Part shown: one piece after another, positions 52,329 to 64,000 of the stretch
Position numbering within the stretch: position 1 is the first letter of the stretch
Layout: each line of letters starts with the position of its first letter
Source: Batkoa obscura
Taxonomy: Eukaryota
Length of the DNA stretch: 64,000 bases
Assembly: GCA_030770535.1 (NCBI GenBank)
Contig: JASVEC010000020.1
Span: 806,001 to 870,000, forward strand
Reading direction: 5' to 3'
Position numbers and translations under genes: made by a program
The notes under the pieces: generated by a model
The model's input: the letters and a program-made list of their open reading frames with translations, nothing else
What the model was told of the DNA's origin: nothing
Database searches by the model: none

Positions 52329-52948
52329 AAATGTTGCTTTATTTTAGGTAGGAGTCATGTTTTGATACAGTTTATTAAAAAACGAAAAAATCAATTAATA
52401 GTATTATCTTTTATTCTACTTTATTAATTTATTTAAACATTGAAGACTCAATATTAGTGTTTATTTTTGGAAGTAAATTGTAGAAAAAGGGTAGATAGAG
52501 CTGTTAAAGTTCAAGTATCTATTGTATAACTGTTCATTTTCGAAGAAAATTTTGGGCATAAATCTCGCCAAAGCTAAAAGACCAGGCTTTTAAAAACAAT
52601 AACCAAAAAATAGTAGACAAGGGTTTTTGCAGAAATTGTATATTTGAAATTTAACAGCTGTAGTTGCAGGGTTTTAGAGCGTAAAGTGAAATTGGATTAT
52701 TAAATTCATAGGGGAGCTCTAAGGATTGTCTGATTTTAGTTTCATAAAAGAATGGGGTTCTAAACTTGAGGCTTTTAAAAATTAGAATAATCTCGATAAT
52801 AATAACCCAGTAATTATTTATAGAAAGCTATCAAAAACAAAAAAACACTAATAAAAAATACACTATATATTTAATAAACAAATAAAACCCACTTAAGTCC
52901 AAGCGCAGGCAATAAAAACACTTCATAACAGCCAGTTGATCTCTACTA

Positions 52949-53959
52949 TTAAGATAAAGGAATGATTCTATTATGTTGTAAATAAGATTTGAACATTAAG
53001 CTAAAATCTTTATAATCGGTTTGATCTGATTTTAAGCTGATGATGGAAGAGGAGCGAGAAGATTGGGTAGTAGTACCACTACTGTTGCTATCTAAAAATA
53101 GGTTGCATTCAATAGTTCCCGGTGTGCACATAGTATGGGAATAAGCAATCGAATTTGAACGTATCATCGGTAGATAGCTGACAGAGTTGGATCTCAGCGG
53201 CTGAGTGTATGAGATGGAGTTGGAGCGGGCATTATGATTCAAGGTGGTGGGAACAGGATTATTTAATGAAGTATTACTATTGTTATTATTTTTATTATGT
53301 AAACTTGTGTTAAACAAATTATATCCATTTAACTCTTTTTTGTAATTTGAGGGTAAATAAGTATTGATGGGCAGACTTCGTTTACGTTTTAAATAGTTAG
53401 TTGATTTTAATTTCATACCTTGATTCGAAAGCAGATCATTTAATTTAGTATTATAGTTATAACGTAAATTTAATTGATTGTTTAATATTAATTGAAATTT
53501 AGGGGTACATATACTGCTTAATTGATAGTTTACATCGTCCATTATATGATATAAGGTAAACTTTAGTTGATATGTATAATTGTGTTGCATTTCTTTGCTC
53601 AAATTAGTAAGTGTAAGATCATTAAATAAGAATAATCCGATCATCTCTTGGTTGAAATCTTTTAGCTTGTAAATGCTTTGGTTTAATGTACCACTTAATT
53701 TGATATTTTTGTCATTTGTTATTAAAGATACGTTGATATAAATGTAAGGACTAATTAAATAATCATCGTTGTTATTATTTAATGTATAGTTATCACTGTT
53801 ATTGGTACTATTATTATTACTACTATTACTATCAATAATATCGCTATTATCTACTATAAGTTGTATAATAGGAGTAGGTTCAATGATTTTTTTATCAACC
53901 TTAGACTGATAATAGATATCACTATTAGATTGTCTAAGGATTAATTTAAAATTCTTCAT
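52949..53959 (-). CDS. Velvet-domain protein (divergent)
   Basis: LILRQ...IEPTPIIQL...LSGTLNQSIYKLKD...GLFLFNDL...YQLKFTL...LSNQGMKL matches the velvet domain pattern. Confidence 0.8.
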   Translation of the reverse strand: MKNFKLILRQSNSDIYYQSKVDKKIIEPTPIIQLIVDNSDIIDSNSSNNNSTNNSDNYTLNNNNDDYLISPYIYINVSLITNDKNIKLSGTLNQSIYKLKDFNQEMIGLFLFNDLTLTNLSKEMQHNYTYQLKFTLYHIMDDVNYQLSSICTPKFQLILNNQLNLRYNYNTKLNDLLSNQGMKLKSTNYLKRKRSLPINTYLPSNYKKELNGYNLFNTSLHNKNNNNSNTSLNNPVPTTLNHNARSNSISYTQPLRSNSVSYLPMIRSNSIAYSHTMCTPGTIECNLFLDSNSSGTTTQSSRSSSIISLKSDQTDYKDFSLMFKSYLQHNRIIPLS

Positions 53960-56900
53960 TTTGTTTACTATAAGAAAAATAAAAGTATAATAAAATTTAA
54001 TTTGAACTTTTCAACAAGTTTTTTAGATGTATTTATATACGTTTATTTTATGCTTATTATCAATAGTATTATTAATTTACAATAGTTTAATATAAGAAGG
54101 AGGTTAAGTTTTTGTTTAATATTTATGCCATAATGTTAGATTCTTTATTATACATTGGTAAACTTTCGAATATCTTGAATGGTAACTAATTAATGCTATA
54201 ATTCTATTCCAATTCCCATTTATTCATTTAATGATATCACCACCGCCAATATATTTTTAATAATAGTCTTAATATGTAATCTATTACGCTATACTCTTAT
54301 ACTCTTATATTATCATTATAACATATATAATGTATATAACAGGACATTATATCATTATAAAAATACATATCTATACATTTATATAATAAATGATAAATAA
54401 TAAATAATAAATAATAAACAATTATTGATTTTCTATTTGAATAATAATTAATTTACCTTAACTTTCAATAATAAAAGAAAGAGTATTAAGGTGAAACTTG
54501 GTTTTATTAATGGACCAAATTATATTGAAATAAACAAAGAATTATAAAAGCTACAAATAATAATAAAATACTATAATTAATTAGCATTTATTATTAACTT
54601 AAATAATAAAATACCAATAAATTAAGTTTTAGATGATTTCTATTAGGTATCCGATTGTTTTAGTTGTTAATTTAAAAATTAAATTCTTTTTTTTTATGAA
54701 TAAAAAATAAATGAATTTAAAACCTAAAAATAGTTTTAAAGATTTATTTATTATAAATAATAATACTTATTTTTTATAAATCTTTTATATCACTTTACCT
54801 TATAAATTTTTTGAAATATTATAATTTTCAATATATCAAAATCGGAAAAATGTTGAACCTAGGAGTAAAATCACCCCATATTAAAAAGTAAGATAAATAT
54901 TAATAGTATGAAATTAAAAGGTATCTTTTTGTATCTAAGAAATTGATTAAACAGCTTAAAAATATATAAAAGGTAGAATAAATAAAACTTGTTCTTTATT
55001 TTTTACTCTTATAGGCCAAAGCTCTGAGTGTTTTATTAGGTAAAACAAAACAAAATAAAATAAGATAAAATACTTAAGTCAGTGAAATTAAAGAGCTAAG
55101 CCATTAAGAGGAACCACGTGGTAAAGTAAGAAGGAAGTCCAAGACTTGCCTACCTTTGGTACAAAGCTCATTCTTGAAACTTTATTTGAAAAAAGAATTC
55201 AAGATTAGTTCACTTACATTTTACAAATATTTTTTAAATCAAATTGAGAAAAATTGCTTTAAATTTCATTTACACCTTATAAATTTATTCTATATTAAAA
55301 AAGTAATTACACTTCCACATACCAACTTTTAAATTCCTGCTACTCTTATTTTGAACAATAAAAATTCAAGCATTGCTTTAATTTAGCTACCAGAAATTGC
55401 TAATTTTAACTTTATTTAAAAAAGCCTTTAATTTTTATATGAGAATTGTTTTTGAGTGAGATTAGTAAACCTCCATTTTTAATAAAATAATCGTTTGGGT
55501 TTTTGGAATTGGGTAGTTTCTTCTTATAGTTGAAAAAATAAAGTTTAAATAAGGTTTTTAATGAACGAATTTAAAAAAATTACCCACCCTAATCCTAACC
55601 CCAACCTTAAGTCTGATCTTAATCTTTACAATGAAAACTGGTCTGTAAGAAATATAGTTTTATCAAAATAATCTCTTAATCAAGGATGAAACCAGGTTAT
55701 TCTCCTCTTTTTTTTTGTTTCCTTTAAATGTATTGTAGATATCTTTGAAACAAACATTAAAGCTATAGAAGTAAAGCCTCTATTAGGCTTTAAAAAATTT
55801 AGTAAGCTATTATATTTCCGCCCTTTTGAATTTTCTAATGATAGTTGGTCTATATATAATATACTTTCAGTTAACGATGAAACTAAATTAACACCTGCCC
55901 CTTCCATTTCCTCTATCTAAATTGTAGCTTGTATGAAATAGACTGAAATTATTAAATAAAACCATTGTCAGTTTAGAGAAGTAAGAAATTAAACCTTTTT
56001 ACCCCCTTAACACATATAATAACAATCACACTATGGGTAATATACTTTTATTTCATTTATCTTTTAGCAAATAATGAAGTTAAATTATTTGCTAATTTTA
56101 TATAAACTTTTTATATAAATTATAATTAATACGATTTTAGATTTGTTAGGATTTATATAAAAATCACAAATGAAACATTCGTATCCCTATAACATTTATG
56201 ATGATAGTTACACTGTGGATAAAATACTTTGGTTAAACTAATCCCTTAGCCAAGAATGAAGTTTAAATATTTTCCAAGACTTGTTCTAATTTCTTTATCT
56301 AGACTGTAGTTTTTATTAGACGAGTTCTAAAGTTATTGAAACAGTATATTTGTTAGATATAAAAAGAAATTTCTAAAGTTAGTATGCTCATTCCAATGCT
56401 ATGTCACCTTTTTTATGCATCCTCTTCCACATTCATGCTGCTCAAAAGTATGATAACAACTCCGCTATAGATAATATCCTTTTATTGCAATAAGCTTTAA
56501 CCATCTATAGAATTCAGATAATTTCCACATCTTTAATTTATCTAACTATATTTATGTGAAATAAACCCTAAACTTATTAAGTAGAAACATACTAAGCTTA
56601 AAAAAATAATTCTATATTAAACATTTATATCCTTTAACCTTTATGATAATATCTTGTCTATAAATAATATACTTTCAGCTAATAGCTAAACGAGACTATT
56701 TTCTAAATATTCTTCCATTTTCTTTATATGGACTATAGTTTTTGTTAAATAAAGCTTGATTATCAAAGTGGAACCTTTATTGGACTTAAAAAGGGATTAT
56801 GACTTCAAGTTATTGTCTCCAATTTATGGTTTTGATTTTTGCAGTTTCTTTTATGTTTATAGCCTCAAACCTTTATTATAGCAACTAATCTATAAGCAGT

Positions 56901-57050
56901 ATACGCTTGCCATAACAAACTCTTAACCAATAATAAAACTGAGTTAATTTTCAAAACTTCTTTTAGTTCCTTTATATAGACTATAGTTTATATAAAATAA
57001 ACCTCAAAATTTTTATTAAGTTGAAAAAAGGGATATTGATTTAAAATTAT

Positions 57051-57148
57051 GAGAATGTATTTTTGTGTTTAAGAATTTTACTAACAATTTTTCCACTCAA
57101 ATAGCGCTTATAGCATGGAAAAAGTGATGAAGCCAAAAAAACACCCTC
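57051..57148. mobile_element. MITE
   Basis: GAGAATG...CACCCTC, TTAT/ATAT flanks. Confidence 0.85.
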
Positions 57149-57439
57149 ATATCCTTTTGGCTTTTGTAATAGTAATCACACTATAAGTGATATACCTTTA
57201 TTACATTAAACTTCTAGCTAATAAAAAAGTTAAATTGTCTTTCAATTTTCCTTTTGGTTTCTTTACCTAGACTATAATTAATACAAGATAAAACTTAGTT
57301 ATTAGAATAAGACTTTTGTACATGTTAAAAAAAAGCCTAAACAAATAGCTGGTTGTTTTGAACTTATAGTTACAATGAAATGGCTTAAATTCCATCCTTT
57401 TGCTGATTTATGTTCTATTTGATCTTTAATACAGAATAT

Positions 57440-57535
57440 GGGGATGTATTTTTTTTAGGAATTTTACCAATAATCTTTCCACTCAAATAGCGCTTAAAGA
57501 ATGGAAAAAAATAATGGAATCAAAAAAAACCCTGC
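57440..57535. mobile_element. MITE (one end decayed)
   Basis: ATAT-GGGGATGT start and the family core. Confidence 0.8.
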
Positions 57536-58116
57536 TATGTATTAAATAACTAAGCTTTAAATCCTAGGTCTAAAATTTTATCTGATTTAACTTATTAAGT
57601 TATAAAATTAAAGCTTTTACATTTTATATAAAGCTACATTAATTTATATGATACGTTATTTTGATACAAATTTAAAATAAGATAAACAGGAAATTGCAAT
57701 ATTGAAAAAAATAAAGTAATATTTAAGATGTTAATATGAATGCTATTTTTAATTTTTAATTTTTAATTTTTAACTTAAACTTTTTTATATAGGACTATAT
57801 TTTTCTGTTTAAAAATGCTTATATAAATTGTAAATATTTTATATTTATAAAAAATAACTGAATAAAATACTATTTAAGCTGTTCAACTATTATCTTTTAT
57901 TATATATACTTTTAATATAGAATATAATTAAATCAAATTGTAATAAAATTGGCTTCAAAGATATAATCCCTTAGAAAAAAGAAGTTGAAGCTATCTACGG
58001 TGTCTAATTTGATTGGCTTTCAAAGGATTGATCGAACAAATTGAAATAAGATTTCTAAATAAAATTGCAAAATCAGAAACTAAAATTCAAAAACTTTTAA
58101 TCAAACAATCTATCTA

Positions 58117-59136
58117 ATGTCGATTCTAAGTCCAAAAAGCAATTCATTATCAAGTGAGTTATCATATAACAATAATCAATCAAATAAAACTATGGAAGAG
58201 TCGTTAAGTCCAACTAACAATAAACATTCTATTTCAAATAGAAATGCCATCCAATCAATTTCAATTATGGAACTTAATTCCCCTTCGATTGAACTAAAAG
58301 ATTATGATAATTTATTTAAATTTAATTTGAGAGAATTAAAGCAAGAACCAGAGAAATTAAAGAAATCAATAGAGCAATTGAAACAACAGAAAATTAATAT
58401 TATACAAAAAGAATATGAATTTTTATTATTATCAAAACAAACTGTAGATAATAGTGCCCTTGATTTATTTGATTTAAAATATAATGTAGATAATGAGGTA
58501 ACGAATAATATTTTAAATTTAAGTAAAAGTATTACTGGATTTACGACTAAAATTGAGGAGTTAAAAAAAAGGAAGGAAGGGGTTAATTTAATACAAAAAA
58601 ATAATGAGTTATTAATTCAACTAATGGAATTACCGCAGATAACAAATACCCTAGTTACTCAAAAGCAATTTAAAGAAGCATTAAATTGTTATCGATCAAT
58701 GAAGAAAATAAAAAATCATTTACATTTTCAAGGACTAGAACAGAACAATATAATAGAAATAATAGAAACACAAATGGAACAAAGTATTAATAAAATGATA
58801 GTTGAATTATTAAGATTATTAAAGAATGAAAAATTGAATTTAAAACAAGTCTTAATCTACATAGACTATTTAAATCAAATGGATACTTTTAACATTGTGA
58901 GTTTACAATATTTATTTTTAAATTGTCGATTAGAATGTTTTAAAAGTAAATTACAAAACATTGATTTAGATTGGAATAATAATGAAGAGTTTACTTGTAA
59001 AGAATTTATCAAATTAATTGAATTATCTACTGAATTTATTAATGAATTAAATCAACATTATAAAGCAGCATTTCCGAATTTTAAAAGTAATAGTATAATT
59101 AATACTAATAATGATATAATTAATAATAATAATGAT

Positions 59137-59202
<66 letters not shown>

Positions 59203-59964
59203 CAATCTATTAACTTATATTATAATTTAATTCAATATAATATTATTAATCCATTAATAATACAATATAAAATAATATTAAAAAAAATACAGAATCCTAA
59301 TTTAATAATAGGATTATTAAATCAAACTATAATATCAGGTAATCTATTAACTAAAATAGGATGGGATTATCGATTATTAATAATAAATGAATTTGAATCA
59401 AATACATTAAATTTATTTAATAATAAAATAACAACTATTACTCAACAATTATTACAATTATTAGATAATCATCAATTTCAATTATATTTATTATTATTGA
59501 ATAAACAACAATTAAATAATTTTAATATTAATCAAAGCCCAACTGAATATTATTATAATTCAATAAAACAATATAATAATAATAATTTTAATCCACCAAT
59601 AGAATTAAAACAATTTCCACCATTTGCTAACTATATTAATCAACTATTATTATTATTTAATCAATTAAGAAACCTAGCATTTTATAATAACAGTCAATTA
59701 TTATTAGACCATTTATTAAGTGAATTAAAATTAATAACAATTAAATTACAATTTAATCAACCAAAACAACTATTGAAAGACAAAATATTACAATATAATT
59801 TTATAACTCAAGTTTTATTTTTAGATTTATTATTACCATATATAACTCATTCTTATATATTAAATATTTATGGAAATATTAATTTGTTTACTACAACAGA
59901 ACAATCTATTGATAAATTAATTAATTTGTCAATGTTTCGTTTATTGTTACCAATATTAAAATAA
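58117..59964 (+). CDS. COG8: Conserved oligomeric Golgi complex subunit 8 (Dor1 family)
   Basis: LKQEPEKL, LIQLMELPQ, FLNCR, IGWDYR and PPIELKQFPPFANYINQLLLLFNQLR match Dor1/COG8 features. Contains a poly-Asn insertion. Confidence 0.75.
59100..59202. repeat. AAT microsatellite encoding poly-Asn within COG8
   Basis: (AAT)n run in frame. Confidence 0.95.
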
Positions 59965-60025
59965 TAATAATAACAATAGTATTATTATTATTGCTATTAT
60001 TATTTCTTTTACTATTCGATGATAT

Positions 60026-61501
60026 TCAATGATTATTATTTTCTAAACTACATTTATCAATTGCTTTTTTGACATTAATAATACCATATCCATATTCATT
60101 ATTAGGTAAAGAATTTGATGTATCCCCACCACAACCTAGTTTAGGAAAGTTAGCTGTTGCAGTTTCCCTTAATAAATTTTCAATTAACTCTACTTTTCTT
60201 TCAAGATGTGGACAAGCAGCCATAATTAATAAAGCAGCACCTGACACATGAGGAGCTGCCATCGAAGTACCTTGAAAAGCGGAATATTTACCACCACGTA
60301 TAGCACCTGTAATATTAACTCCAGGAGCGGTAACATCAATAGCAATTTTTCTTTCTAATACTGGACCCATTGAAGAAAAACTTGGTCGATCTAATGTTAA
60401 ATAGCCATTAGCAGCTACTGAAAAAGCAGAGGGATCGATAGCAGGAGGAGAAGTCATTGATGAACAACCTAAGCTACCTTCATTACCTGCTGATACAGAT
60501 AAAAATATACCTGCTTTTTTTAAAGCTTTCATAGCAATACCAAAGGTAGTTCTAGAACATCCTTCTTCTGGTGGACAACCATATGAATTTCCAATCACAT
60601 GAGGACGTAATTCTGGTTTTGGATTATTACCATTTAAATCAGTAGGAGCTATAAAGAATTGTAAACAGCCTAAATAAGATTCTGGAGATCCAAAATTTTG
60701 ATCCATATTTTTACAAGCAATCCATAAAGTAGTTGGGGAAACACCAAGTCCAAATTGACCTACAACAGTTGACATTGTATGTGTACCGTGATTATTATCA
60801 TCACATGGAAATAAACTATTAATTCCACAAATACCATTTGGTCTTGTTTTATTTAATTGTTTGTTAGCATCCCACCAAGAATAATCATGACTTAATTGAC
60901 CATTTTTATTACCCATATAATTAGTAAATAATGCAGGATGAGTATATTCTACTCCAGTATCTGCATTACCATAAATTAATTTACTAGCTCTTTCTAATAC
61001 ATTACGCTTCATTCCAGTTGCATTAATATATTTAATACTCCAATGAACACCTCCAGTCCAATCATCACTTTCAATAGCTTTAGAATTATCAATATTAGGT
61101 AAATTACCTATTCCAGCTTTAAATTTACGATTAGTTGATATCTCTTTTATTCCTGGATAACTCATTAATTGTTCAATTAATTCAGGTTTAGCTTTAATAG
61201 CAATAGTATTGGAAATATAATAAGATTGCAAATAATTTAAGTTACCTAAACCTTGTTGTTTTTGAAGATACAATTTTAATTTTTTTTGAGATTCATTGGA
61301 ATGGGATTTTAATGTAGTAATGATGTTTTCTGGATCATTGGTAAGTGATTCTATGTTAGGGGGTGTTAATTGAATTAAACAATCTATTAATGATTCATTG
61401 TTTTTTAATTGAGATAAAACTGTAGCTGATACTTGAGCAATACTATGAATGGATGATAAAAAATAATTAAATATTATTAATATTAAAAATAAATAATTCA
61501 T
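60026..61501 (-). CDS. Secreted S8 subtilisin-like serine protease, bacillopeptidase-F-like, intronless
   Basis: Signal peptide, propeptide, and triad motifs ADTGV, HGTHTMS and GTSMAAPHVSG. Also has APTDLNG..P.PELRPHVIGNSYGC and PNNEYGYG. Confidence 0.92.
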   Translation of the reverse strand: MNYLFLILIIFNYFLSSIHSIAQVSATVLSQLKNNESLIDCLIQLTPPNIESLTNDPENIITTLKSHSNESQKKLKLYLQKQQGLGNLNYLQSYYISNTIAIKAKPELIEQLMSYPGIKEISTNRKFKAGIGNLPNIDNSKAIESDDWTGGVHWSIKYINATGMKRNVLERASKLIYGNADTGVEYTHPALFTNYMGNKNGQLSHDYSWWDANKQLNKTRPNGICGINSLFPCDDNNHGTHTMSTVVGQFGLGVSPTTLWIACKNMDQNFGSPESYLGCLQFFIAPTDLNGNNPKPELRPHVIGNSYGCPPEEGCSRTTFGIAMKALKKAGIFLSVSAGNEGSLGCSSMTSPPAIDPSAFSVAANGYLTLDRPSFSSMGPVLERKIAIDVTAPGVNITGAIRGGKYSAFQGTSMAAPHVSGAALLIMAACPHLERKVELIENLLRETATANFPKLGCGGDTSNSLPNNEYGYGIINVKKAIDKCSLENNNH

Positions 61502-62001
61502 GATTTAAATTGATTTATATATATAATAAAATAAAACGTTAAAATGTTAAATGTTAAAATGTTGAAATGCTTGAATGGATTTTTCTTATAACTGAAGATA
61601 AAATAAAATCAACAAAAGAAAATTAAAATTAAAATAATAAAATATAAATTTAACTTGAATAAACTTATATTACCTTTATTTAAATACTATGGAGTAATAC
61701 CTTACTATGACTATATTAATATTATTTTTATCTATCTCATTCAACTCGTTTTGAATCATATTAGTATTAATTAAGTCGACTATTTTTTAATTCCCGTAAT
61801 TTTTTTTAGATCATAAAGAAATTGATTTTTTAAATATTTTTAAAATCATTACCTTGAAACTCTCTTTATTGGTCGGAACATTTTAAATTTTTTCCTATGC
61901 TAATTAAAATTATTGGGCAAAGAAATAAAAAATTTTACCACTAAAAATGAACGTGTTGAAAATTCTTATTTACTCTTTATTACATTATCAATATCAATAA
62001 T

Positions 62002-62100
62002 GGGGATGTATTTTTGTGTTTAAGAATTTTGTTAACAATTTTTCCACTTAAATAGCATTTAAAAGATGGAAAAAGTAATGAAATCAAAAAAAACATCCCC
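62002..62100. mobile_element. MITE
   Basis: GGGGATG...CATCCCC with the family core. Confidence 0.88.
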
Positions 62101-64000
62101 AATGGCTTTACAATTTATCTAATAACTTCAACTATTTAGTAAAAAAAACTCCTGGCTATCAAGGACCTTATCTCATAACTTATACTAAAAAGTTTTTAAA
62201 AACTAAGAATTCATAAAAATCGTAAAAGTAATTAAAAATTTAAGACAATAGTTTGATTATATTATAACTATAGTAAGAAAAAAGTTTAGCAAACTGAAGC
62301 CAAAGTTTGTAAATAATAATTCCTTCCCTTTGTTGAAATTGATTTCTTACTACAACTATGATCTAATAAAACATTTGTATCACATAAAGTTATCAACTAA
62401 CTATAGGTCAAGAACTATTAATATAGGTGAGATTTAAAGATAATTAAATTTTTTTTATTACAAATCTAAAATAAATATCCAACTGTAAAGTATATCTAAA
62501 ATGTTCTATTTTATTTAATAACGATATAAAAACTTTTATTTTTTTTATAAAGCTTTTAAGGCAATTAGAAATAGGAGCTATTTCAATACTATAAAAGTTT
62601 AGTTATTTTAAATACCATTTCACAATAAGGATAGTATCAAGCTGAATATTCGATAAAGGGATATCTTTAAAAATAGAATATATAAAAACTTATTATAAAA
62701 CTTAGTATAAAACCTTATTATCATTATATTAAATTTTAAATTTAAAACCTTCTTTAAAGTCAACTAGTATATTAAAACATTTAAAAAATAAACGCTAAAT
62801 GAATTTTTAAGTTTTTAAACTTGTTGACTTCGTTTATATATTCATGTATGTAGCAAGTAATATACTTTAATATTCTTCTTTTAACAGTAACCAATTTATT
62901 ATACTTGATCTTTATAACTTTATTTATATAAATATTAAATTAAAAGAATCCATTTTTTTAATTTGTTTTAGGAATCATAAATTTCATTTAAAAGGAGTAG
63001 ATTGTTTAAGGTAGTGTTACATTTGTTTCACCTCTTTTACGACTTTTTTGACTGTTCATTTAAGAATTCAACTCGAGACAAATTTGATTAGAATATAAAA
63101 AATCCGAGTTAAAAAACTGAATTCTACAAAGAATTTAATAATAAAAGTGGTCCTTAAAAAGATTATAAAAGAGTTGCAATAGCTAAAAATTGATAGTTCT
63201 AAATTTGTGTATACTGTTCTTAATAGTCAACTTCATTCTTTTTTTACCTAAAATTACTAAATCTATGCTTTCATAATTTAAGTGGAATTAGTTTACCCAA
63301 ATGTTTTCTAGTTTAATCCAATCATAATCGATTTTACTTTGAATGGTAAACAACAATGTTCAGGATAGCCTAAAGGAGGTTTATTTTGATTGGTTAAAAT
63401 AATCGAAGGACCAAACGGTTTTAGTTATAGTAGTGTTATTTTGGTTGAAATTTTATGCATTTTCACACATTTTATTTTATTTACCCACTTAAGATCAGTT
63501 GATTTTTGAAAAGATTATAATGTTCTCATATTATAGGGGAGAAATGGCACCAATTTAGGCATTCACTCTTGAAGATTGATAATAAGATCCAATCACCCAC
63601 TTGATTTCGGAGTGTAAGAATAAGTATAAGAAGGAGGATTTCCATATTAAAATTGGAACGAACAATTATTCCTTAATTACAATAACTAAAAAAATTGAAA
63701 TAAATAAAACTTTAACTTCTTACAACCAAATAGCATTGAATTGTTATTTTCAAATTTTCATTTTTTGCTTTTCTTTAATTATTAACTAGCGACTTTAATT
63801 TTCAATAATGACTGATAAAGGGAAAAGATCATTATCTTCTTTCTTTCGCCTTCCTAAAATTCCAGTCAAGAATTTATTCATTCAAGAGAACAAAGGGTTT
63901 ATCTCATATTCAATTACCAAGCAGGGTAAGAGTTGGGAAGTTAAGGATTCCGTTGGATGTCAATTATTTTGGATTGAACTTGAAACTGAAAATGGTACAG

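Noticed and set aside
55583..55610. Telomere-like CCCTAA-type repeats
   Set aside because: Only ~4 degenerate units, compatible with chance.
55680..56950. Possible degenerate transposon ORF
   Set aside because: No recognisable motif, termini or TSD could be established by eye.

Overview
Very AT-rich, intron-containing eukaryotic DNA, most likely from an early-diverging fungus. This is inferred from the velvet, AA11-type LPMO and CreC-like genes and the short GT-AG introns; an entomophthoralean source is plausible but unproven. Two gene-rich flanks surround a ~25 kb transposon nest at ~16.1-40.8 kb. The left flank has an MFS transporter, an LPMO and LPMO pseudogene, a Nup43-like WD40 gene and glycogen debranching enzyme. 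The right flank has an unknown gene, POL5, CreC/WDR20, a PA-RING ligase, velvet, COG8 and a bacterial-type S8 protease. The window holds seven copies (A-G, six of them in the nest) of a ~2.4 kb DDD-transposase DNA transposon (Sola-like, GGG..CCC termini, 4-bp ATAT-type target duplications), about 32 copies of a cognate ~98-bp MITE, and a solo LTR plus a fragment of the same LTR. Most striking: (i) each of two identical tRNA-Arg(ACG) genes sits between a head-to-head pair of transposon copies; (ii) the MITE repeatedly inserts into its own helper, and MITE+TSD = 102 bp reads as a stop-free 34-aa in-frame insert at two independent sites; (iii) the LTR element hit the DNA transposon twice at ATAG. 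All family assignments come from motif recognition by eye, not database searches.
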